Origin: Candidatus Nitrospira nitrificans
GTDB lineage: Bacteria > Nitrospirota > Nitrospiria > Nitrospirales > Nitrospiraceae
NCBI RefSeq assembly: GCF_001458775.1
Contig: NZ_CZPZ01000032.1
Coordinates: 145,510 to 169,509, forward strand
DNA length: 24,000 bases
Reading direction: 5' to 3'
Shown here one piece after another: positions 18,289 through 24,000 of this stretch. Below the pieces are notes generated by a model. That model was given only the letters and a program-made list of their open reading frames with translations. It did no database searches and was not told where the DNA came from. Each line of letters starts with the position of its first letter. Positions within the stretch are counted from its first letter, which is position 1. The translations under genes were made by a program, and so were the position numbers.

Positions 18289-18686
18289 TTCCTTTGAGTG
18301 TCGCCCTTTACGGTGAAGTCGAAGGTCGAATCAACCACATGGCCGTCGACCGAGAGGACACGGAACTTAACGGAGTATTTACCGGGAGCCAGATCGGGAA
18401 GAGGCAACACGATCGATTTTTGGTCATCCGGTGCAAGGGTGGGCTTGGCGTCGGTGATCGGCTGTTTTTGGGCATCGAGGACCACGAGCGAGGCGTAGTC
18501 TCCCTCGATCTTCTCGTTGAACCAGAGTCGCACTTGTGTCGGCGACTTGGTCAGCACGGCTCGTCGCGGAGGCTCGGCCTTGACTAACATGGAATGCGCC
18601 AAAGCCGAGGTCACAGGTGCTGCCAAGATGAACACGATGATCAAGATGAAGCGCGTGAACCTATGCATGCCTGCTGAGCCGACCAT
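18285..18686 (-). CDS. copC: Periplasmic copper-binding protein CopC
   Basis: The signal peptide ends SALA|HSMLVKAEP, giving an N-terminal His on the mature protein as in CopC Cu(II) sites. It has the RVLSVDGH motif and the size of a beta-sandwich domain. The ORF track starts at GTG 18713. ATG 18686 is preceded by AGGGGGA and ATG 18668 is also possible. Confidence 0.88.
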   Translation of the reverse strand: MVGSAGMHRFTRFILIIVFILAAPVTSALAHSMLVKAEPPRRAVLTKSPTQVRLWFNEKIEGDYASLVVLDAQKQPITDAKPTLAPDDQKSIVLPLPDLAPGKYSVKFRVLSVDGHVVDSTFDFTVKGDTQRK

Positions 18687-18765
18687 GAGTTCCCCCTGCG
18701 CCCGATTGCTCACTCCGGTGATGCATCGGGCGGTCTAGTCTGGCGCTCCCTTGAGAAGTCGCTTC

Positions 18766-19350
18766 TTACGATACCCGGACCTGTGACGGCTTGCGACGAT
18801 CTCGGAAGGCGAAGAACACGGCAACGACAATGCCTACGAAGACCGGCACAATGACCATCATGTAGTGCGAGAGATGGGAGATGACGCCTTGTTCACCGAC
18901 CGAAAAAGAAAACCGCGCGACATGTTCGCGACTTTGACCTATTGAAACCAACCCGACGAACTTTCCAGGCTTATCGAAGTTGTATTTTACGTCGATAGAT
19001 CCAGTGGGATAGACCTTGGCCGGGAGGTGTGCGATTGTTGCTGCTTCAAGATTATCCTCCGAGCCGGTATCTTTGATGATCCTTACTTCTACCGGGATAG
19101 AACGGAGCTCCTGTTCGACATAATCTAGAACCAAAACGGTGTTCCCCATCGCCGGAAGCTCTTGGCAGAATTTCCGATCGTAGTACATGTCAGGTAGATA
19201 GCTTGCAAAAAGCATCTTATAGGGTCCTGCGTGGAGGACGCACGTATCTGCAGCCAATTCATGCCCATGTTGGGCCATCGCCGAAAAAGGCGCGACAACC
19301 AGCAGAAATACACAACACACCCAAGCACGGATGAGAAGATGACCGGACAT
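18766..19350 (-). CDS. PmoD/AmoD-AmoE family protein, paralog 1 (signal peptide, periplasmic domain, C-terminal TM anchor)
   Basis: 194 aa. It has the signal peptide ...FSAMA, the mature start QHGHE, conserved Cys residues (DTCVLHAGPYKMLF, KFCQELP), and a C-terminal TM helix plus basic tail (RDRRKPSQ). It is very similar to paralog 2. GAGGGGGG lies upstream of the ATG. Confidence 0.75.
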   Translation of the reverse strand: MSGHLLIRAWVCCVFLLVVAPFSAMAQHGHELAADTCVLHAGPYKMLFASYLPDMYYDRKFCQELPAMGNTVLVLDYVEQELRSIPVEVRIIKDTGSEDNLEAATIAHLPAKVYPTGSIDVKYNFDKPGKFVGLVSIGQSREHVARFSFSVGEQGVISHLSHYMMVIVPVFVGIVVAVFFAFRDRRKPSQVRVS

Positions 19351-19411
19351 GTTCCCCCCTCGGTTTCTCTAATGCTCAGCATTCATAACGGTTTCGCGAT
19401 GGTCTAAACCA

Positions 19412-19996
19412 TTAGGAAGCTACGGTTTGCGACGGCTTGCGGTCTCTCATGAAAAACACAATGCCTAGGACAATGAGCACCGCAGCCACAGGAAACATGT
19501 AGATATTTAAGAACTTGGTATAGAACTTCGGCTCTCCCACCGAAAATGGAAACTTAGAGACATGCTCTTTCTTGTCGCCCACAGTGACGATGCCGACAAA
19601 TTTCCCGGGCTTGTCAAAGGTGTAGGCAAAGTCGATCGAACCATTGGGATACACTTTGGCCGGCAAGTTAAACACGGTGTCTGTCTCCAGATTGCTTTCT
19701 GTGCCGGTGTCTTTGATGATCCGAACTTCGGCGGGGAGGGTGCGAAGCTCTTGCTCGATGTAATCCAGCACGACGATCGTTTGGCCGGTCGCTGGGATAT
19801 CCTCACAGAACTGCTTTTGTTGAGTGTTTTCAGGCTGGTAACCACTGAAGTGCATCGTATAGGGGCCGATCGTGAGCTTGCACATGTCCTCGGCCATGGA
19901 GAGTCCACCGTGAGCATGGACTTGCGAAGACAAGAGAGCACTCAGAACAACTACGGCACATCCAACCGTCAGTTTCAGGAATGCGAAAGGCTTCAT
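19412..19996 (-). CDS. PmoD/AmoD-AmoE family protein, paralog 2
   Basis: It has the same architecture as paralog 1 (HAHGG..DMCKLTIGPYTMHF, QFCEDIP, VVLDYIEQELRTLPAEVRIIKDTG, and a C-terminal TM helix followed by RDRKPSQ). I prefer ATG 19996 (MKPFAFLKL...), preceded by AAGAGGA at 7 nt, over the ORF-track start at 20047. Confidence 0.75.
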   Translation of the reverse strand: MKPFAFLKLTVGCAVVVLSALLSSQVHAHGGLSMAEDMCKLTIGPYTMHFSGYQPENTQQKQFCEDIPATGQTIVVLDYIEQELRTLPAEVRIIKDTGTESNLETDTVFNLPAKVYPNGSIDFAYTFDKPGKFVGIVTVGDKKEHVSKFPFSVGEPKFYTKFLNIYMFPVAAVLIVLGIVFFMRDRKPSQTVAS

Positions 19997-20062
19997 GAAT
20001 GTGTCCTCTTTTTTGCGATGGTGAAGAGAATGCTCAGATACGGACATGCGTCGTCTGGTTGC

Positions 20063-20644
20063 TCATGAGCGACGGCGTGATGCAAACCATCCTCGCACTC
20101 GACCCGATTTCGAGAGCTCATACCCGACGACCCCAAGTACCAGCAGTAATGCCAAGGGTCCAAGAGCTGCGCGTCCAATCTTTGAATAGTCAGCCTGCTG
20201 CACTCGCAGCAGGTAGGTGGAAGGGCTGAGCCCCTCCGCTGTGATGATCAATTTGTAGAGACCTTTTTCCAGCGTGGCTTCACCCCTCACGACCCCATCT
20301 GGGTGAGAAACCGGCTTCCAATACGCCACGGTCTTGGCCTCGTCCTGCTCGTTTTCATTGACTCCTTGAATGATCTTGACCCCTATGGGTGTATTGCGCA
20401 GACTCGGGTCGACAAGGTCCACCACGAGGAACGTTTCCCCCACATCAGGGATTTCTGTGCAGTACTGAGCCTTCGGCTCAATCTGGGGCTGGTATGCGCT
20501 AAAATGCACCATATTCCCACCGATTCTGCGCACACAGATGTCCTCTTCAATCGCCACATTTCCATGTGCAGCGGCGGTGCTAGGGCCGACTACGGCTACG
20601 AGGACCAGGAGGGGAAGGCTTATTCGCAGTGCATGCATAATCAT
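20063..20644 (-). CDS. amoD: PmoD/AmoD family protein, paralog 3 (retains the C-x7-M-x-H motif)
   Basis: It has the signal peptide ...PSTAAA|HGN, then EDICVRRIGGNMVHFSAYQP (C-x7-M-x-H, encoded at 20504-20536), YCTEIP, and a C-terminal TM helix with an Arg-rich tail. It is more divergent from paralogs 1 and 2. The ORF-track start at 20659 is a TTG, and ATG 20644 or 20638 is more likely. Confidence 0.75.
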   Translation of the reverse strand: MIMHALRISLPLLVLVAVVGPSTAAAHGNVAIEEDICVRRIGGNMVHFSAYQPQIEPKAQYCTEIPDVGETFLVVDLVDPSLRNTPIGVKIIQGVNENEQDEAKTVAYWKPVSHPDGVVRGEATLEKGLYKLIITAEGLSPSTYLLRVQQADYSKIGRAALGPLALLLVLGVVGYELSKSGRVRGWFASRRRS

Positions 20645-20690
20645 GACATCATCCGCCAAATGAATTTCCTAGGCAGCCTATATTTTGACG

Positions 20691-20720
20691 AATATACCAC
20701 CCTGCGGACTGCTGTTTCAA
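20691..20720 (-). promoter_or_regulatory. Candidate sigma70-type promoter for the amoD-like/copCD transcription unit
   Basis: On the - strand: TTGAAA (complement of 20715-20720), 18 nt, then TATATT (complement of 20691-20696), about 45 nt upstream of ATG 20644. The -10 is one arm of the inverted repeat TATATT-N6-AATATA (20679-20696). Confidence 0.45.
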
Positions 20721-20850
20721 GTGCTCGAACCATGCGTGTCGCATCCGCATTGAGAAAACGCCGCCTCGCGCGCAGGTGCGGCCCGCGTAATATTGAGAAT
20801 CTATTTCACCGAATTTGAGAGATGAAATCAGAATGCATCTATTTATCGAG

Positions 20851-20880
20851 TTGACGACGAGCGTGATACGTGATGATAAT
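20851..20880 (+). promoter_or_regulatory. Candidate sigma70-type promoter of the bacterioferritin genes, with an overlapping Fur-box-like AT-rich element
   Basis: TTGACG (20851-20856), 18 nt, then GATAAT (20875-20880). The segment GTGATACGTGATGATAATGAG (20863-20883) resembles GATAAT-type Fur hexamer repeats. GGAAGGAGG (20905-20913) lies 6 nt before ATG 20920. Confidence 0.5.
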
Positions 20881-20919
20881 GAGCCGAAGGGTAATGATTT
20901 TTTCGGAAGGAGGCCAGAG

Positions 20920-21396
20920 ATGAAAGCAAAAGAAGGGGTCGTTGCCATCCTCAATAAAATCCTGACGGCGGACTTGACCGCCATCAATCAGTATTTTGTC
21001 CATGCCAAGATGTGCAGTAATTGGGGCTATGATCGGCTTCATCATAAGGTGCGTGAGCGGAGCATCGATGAGATGAAAGATGCCGATGAACTCATCGGCC
21101 ATATTCTCTATCTGGAAGGCGTCCCGAATGTCCAACGAATGAACGCCGTTCAGGTCGGCGAGACGGTAGCTGAACAGTTGAAGTTGGACTTGAAGGCGGA
21201 ACAGGAGATGCTGGCCTTGTTGAACGAAGGAGTCGTGCATTGCACGAAGGTCACCGATTTTACGACCCGGCACATGCTTGAAGATATGGCGAAGGATGTT
21301 GATGCTCATATCGATTGGATCGAAACTCAGCAGGAAACTATCAAACAAGTCGGCCTGGAGAACTATCTGGCTGAACAGATCAAGAAAGAATCCTGA
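20920..21396 (+). CDS. bfr: Bacterioferritin subunit, heme-ligand type (Met52 present, di-iron ligands degenerate)
   Basis: 158 aa, collinear with E. coli Bfr (LTAINQYFVHAKM..NWGY, SIDEMKDAD, HIDWIETQ, VGLENYLAEQI). The ORF-track extension back to 20815 is rejected because the promoter and SD lie inside it. Confidence 0.92.
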   Translation: MKAKEGVVAILNKILTADLTAINQYFVHAKMCSNWGYDRLHHKVRERSIDEMKDADELIGHILYLEGVPNVQRMNAVQVGETVAEQLKLDLKAEQEMLALLNEGVVHCTKVTDFTTRHMLEDMAKDVDAHIDWIETQQETIKQVGLENYLAEQIKKES

Positions 21397-21404
21397 GGGA
21401 GTCC

Positions 21405-21875
21405 ATGAAAGCTAAAGAAGGCGTCCTTGAGTTTCTGAATCAGGTGCTCCGGTCCGAGTTGACGGCCGTTCACCAATACTTGTTGCACGCGGCTCTGTGT
21501 AAGAATTGGGGATACGAGCGGCTGCAGGAGCACTACAGTCACTTGGCGAATGAAGAAGTGCAACACTCTGCCGGTCTGATCGACCATATCTTGTACCTAA
21601 ACGGTACGCCGGAGGTGGGACAGCTTGATCCGATCGTGCGGGGGGAGGACGTAGGAACGCTGTTCCGAGCCGATCTGGATTTCGAACGCGACGATGTCGA
21701 ATTGCTTCGAAAAGCCATCGCCCATTGCGCCAAGGTGGGAGATTTCACAACGCGTCACTTACTGGAGCATATGATCGAAGATTCCGAGGAACATGTTGAT
21801 TGGTTTGAGGTTCGCTTGAGAACCATCGATCAGGTTGGTCTTGACCGGTTCCTATCGGAGCAGATTAAGAAGTAG
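21405..21875 (+). CDS. bfr: Bacterioferritin subunit, ferroxidase type (lacks the Met52 heme ligand)
   Basis: 156 aa and paralogous to the upstream gene (MKAKEGV.. in both). It has E18, E51, H54, E94 and H130 by hand alignment, with Val at position 52. GAGGGAG lies upstream of the ATG. Confidence 0.9.
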   Translation: MKAKEGVLEFLNQVLRSELTAVHQYLLHAALCKNWGYERLQEHYSHLANEEVQHSAGLIDHILYLNGTPEVGQLDPIVRGEDVGTLFRADLDFERDDVELLRKAIAHCAKVGDFTTRHLLEHMIEDSEEHVDWFEVRLRTIDQVGLDRFLSEQIKK

Positions 21876-22325
21876 GCGAAGGGTGATTCCGTATAGAAAC
21901 GGCAGTGTCTCCTAGCCCCCGTCGGTCTTGTAGCTGAAGTCTTTTCCCAAAGCGTGGGGGAAAGGACGACTTGGGCGTCGGCATTGTTCGTTGGACTGCT
22001 TCCGAGACGGTCATGCCTTTCGCGCCCACGGGACTGTATGCTTCAGATCAGGGATTGGGCGAGTCCGAAAAGGGCGCGTTGGGCCACCGAAATCGATAAG
22101 GGCCACACTATTGTCGTTGAGTCTTGTCTCACGTTGGCCGTCTGTTTTCCCTGTCCCACGGTCAAGACAGATTGGTCCGGCAAGACTTTCAGCATTCTGC
22201 TCCCGTTGTCCTGGCCGGCACTCTCGATGACTGCTGCCCTTGCGTTCCCGTAGGTCTCATCCCAGGTTCCATCTTCAAAAAATCGCGCTTCTCGCGCGTT
22301 CAATGCACGATGCAACAGGACTCAC

Positions 22326-22523
22326 TCACGAGCAGGAAAAAGTCTTGAGCCACGCTTTCAGCCGCCGTGTCTTGAGCGATTGTGCCAGCCCCCTGGCTTG
22401 CCCCTGTTGACGTTGGACGTGTCGGCATTTGATGCACCAGAGCTGCGGATTGCGATGGCCGATCGGTTCGTGACAGCGCCGGCAGGTCATGATGAATGAA
22501 CAGGAAGGGGAATGCGGGTTCAT
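22326..22523 (-). CDS. Possible small basic zinc-ribbon-like protein (speculative)
   Basis: A 65-aa ORF just downstream of the peroxidase gene with two CxxC pairs 13 residues apart (CRRCHEPIGHRNPQLWCIKC) and a basic tail. AGGTGA lies about 5 nt before ATG 22523. It has no recognisable homology and could be spurious. Confidence 0.25.
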   Translation of the reverse strand: MNPHSPSCSFIMTCRRCHEPIGHRNPQLWCIKCRHVQRQQGQARGLAQSLKTRRLKAWLKTFSCS

Positions 22524-22577
22524 AGCGTTCACCTATTTCAAGGATGTGTGCGAGTCATGGTCCATAACGGGCACTGT

Positions 22578-24000
22578 TTACTGGTAGTCCTCGTTCAGCG
22601 ATTTCAAAAATGCCACAAGTGGGGCAATGTCACCGGGTTTAAGGACGATGCCTTGTAGCTGGGGCGCACCATTCCGGAGTGTCCCCGCGCGGGCTTGGTC
22701 TGAGACGTCGACATAGAAATCGATCACGTCATCCAAGGTGTCGAATTGACCGTTGTGCATGAAGGGCTCCGAATGTCCGAGGTCGCGAAGACCGGGTGTC
22801 TTGAATCGAGCGGTCGCACGATTCAAGAGTTCGCCTTGAGAGGCGGAACAGGGTTGCTCATCATCGCAGAGGATGTTTCGGATCTTGGCTTGCGGCGCAG
22901 GCATGTCGGGGTTGGCGAAAACGTTCCACAGGCCCAGGTCAGTCAACGTGGTCCCGGCAGCCGGAACGGATCGGAACCGCTCACTGGCCACCGGGTGTTG
23001 TTCGGTGGCCGGCAGGTCATCGGTGGTTCGTGTCGCGAGCGTGGGAATGGCCAAATTCCTGAAAGCCCCATCACCATGGCCAGGAATCTCATCATATTCC
23101 TTCTGTGTCGTCCCGGTATTATGGGCCTTGAAGTCGGTGAAGTTCGGCGCGGCATGACAGGCGACACAATTGCCGAGTTTTCCGGCCGTTAGTTCGGCCG
23201 GTGTGGCGGGGAGCGCCGTCGGTTCCGTCAAGAACATCTTCAATCCAGCCAATTCCCGCGTCCCAAAGGAGAAGGGCTGAGCATGAAATTGGAACCGGCC
23301 GTCTGTTCTGTTGGGGTTCGAGGTGACAAACTGAAGTGTTCCGGCCGACTCACGTGATTTCACGAGTTGCAGAAGACGTCTGCTGTAATCGATCGGAGAT
23401 TCGTTGGGATTGAGCGCTTGCGGGAGCCCGTTGGTCTCCAGGAACACATCAAACGGAGAGCGGATCGGCGCCCCGCTGTCTTCGTTTTGAGAAAAAAGGA
23501 GACCGTTGACGTAGGCGGTGACGACTTTGACGACGGCATCGAACACCTCCTGGTCGGTCGCGGAGTCGATCGTCTTGCGGAATTCCGAGGTGAGCCGGAA
23601 TTCCTCCGGTATGGAGGCGTCGGTCCCGCCGAAAAGCACTCTGAAGGGGGTTCCATCGAACTCCTTCGCCAGATCTCCGGCGCCGTTGTCGGACCGGACC
23701 ACGCGCGCGATATGCGCGATGGCCTGAGTTCGTTCTCCAGGCAGCCAGCCGAAGTTTCTGCCTGTGAAGGTGGCCGCGATCAGGTCTTCCATGGAATTAA
23801 ACTCGGCGTCGACGTGGAACAAGACGCCGCCTGGTCGATCGAGCGCAGCATTGACGAGAGGGGGTGAATTGCGGACGGCAACGGTTTTGCCGTCCGCTCG
23901 GGCCGGGATGGGGCTACGGCGCGCAAAGTCAGCATAGGCCCGCATGCCGCCTCTCGGCGCATCCAGAACATCGTCGACCAAATGACAAGCCCGGCAATTC
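22578..24000 (-). CDS. Di-heme cytochrome c peroxidase / MauG-family protein, N-terminus beyond the window edge
   Basis: The frame stays open upstream of the ORF-track TTG at 23981. The codons at 23996-23982 read CRACH (first heme site), followed by RNSPPLVNAAL. The second heme site is GNCVACHAAPNFTDF. Typical CCP blocks are present (FKTPGLRDLGHSEPFMHNGQFDTLDDVIDFY). Confidence 0.88.
   Translation of the reverse strand, partial: NCRACHLVDDVLDAPRGGMRAYADFARRSPIPARADGKTVAVRNSPPLVNAALDRPGGVLFHVDAEFNSMEDLIAATFTGRNFGWLPGERTQAIAHIARVVRSDNGAGDLAKEFDGTPFRVLFGGTDASIPEEFRLTSEFRKTIDSATDQEVFDAVVKVVTAYVNGLLFSQNEDSGAPIRSPFDVFLETNGLPQALNPNESPIDYSRRLLQLVKSRESAGTLQFVTSNPNRTDGRFQFHAQPFSFGTRELAGLKMFLTEPTALPATPAELTAGKLGNCVACHAAPNFTDFKAHNTGTTQKEYDEIPGHGDGAFRNLAIPTLATRTTDDLPATEQHPVASERFRSVPAAGTTLTDLGLWNVFANPDMPAPQAKIRNILCDDEQPCSASQGELLNRATARFKTPGLRDLGHSEPFMHNGQFDTLDDVIDFYVDVSDQARAGTLRNGAPQLQGIVLKPGDIAPLVAFLKSLNEDYQ

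Noticed and set aside
20815-20919. A 35-aa N-terminal extension of the first bfr gene.
   Set aside because: The extension contains the promoter-like TTGACG-18-GATAAT and the GGAAGGAGG ribosome-binding site. Bfr homology begins at MKAKEGV (20920).
22326-22532. CRRCH in the small ORF read as a c-type heme-binding site.
   Set aside because: No signal peptide or TM segment precedes it. The paired CxxC...CxxC arrangement fits a zinc ribbon better, and the ORF itself is doubtful.
1-24000. Mobile elements, CRISPR arrays, rRNA genes or tRNA genes marking island borders.
   Set aside because: I noticed no transposase, integrase, regularly spaced repeat or rRNA-like sequence. tRNA detection by eye is unreliable, so a tRNAscan run is still advisable. 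Any borders probably lie outside this window.

Overview
This window is an almost gap-free ammonia-oxidation supercluster. On the + strand there is a translationally coupled System I cytochrome c maturation operon (ccmB', ccmCDEFGHI, 2-6189). An AT-rich promoter region follows, then the hydroxylamine-oxidation operon hao-haoB-cycA-cycB (6412-10628), which carries 16 CxxCH heme motifs. Convergent on the - strand are a YiiM-like MOSC protein and an unknown polytopic membrane protein, then amoC-amoA-amoB (15914-12868), which ends in a textbook intrinsic terminator. Upstream of amoC on the same strand lie three paralogous PmoD/AmoD-AmoE-family genes, copC, and a CopD-cytochrome c-redoxin-like fusion (20644-16273). 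Two tandem bacterioferritin genes diverge from these. A di-heme cytochrome c peroxidase-family gene runs off the right edge. I saw no rRNA, obvious tRNA, CRISPR, transposase or integrase. The main finding is that the complete NH3 -> NH2OH -> NO2- enzyme set sits in one locus together with its own heme, copper and iron support modules. This architecture differs from canonical beta/gamma-proteobacterial ammonia oxidisers and matches what I recall for complete ammonia oxidisers (comammox Nitrospira). The host cannot be proven from this window. All calls rest on motif and family recognition by eye, with no database search, so start codons and promoter calls are provisional.
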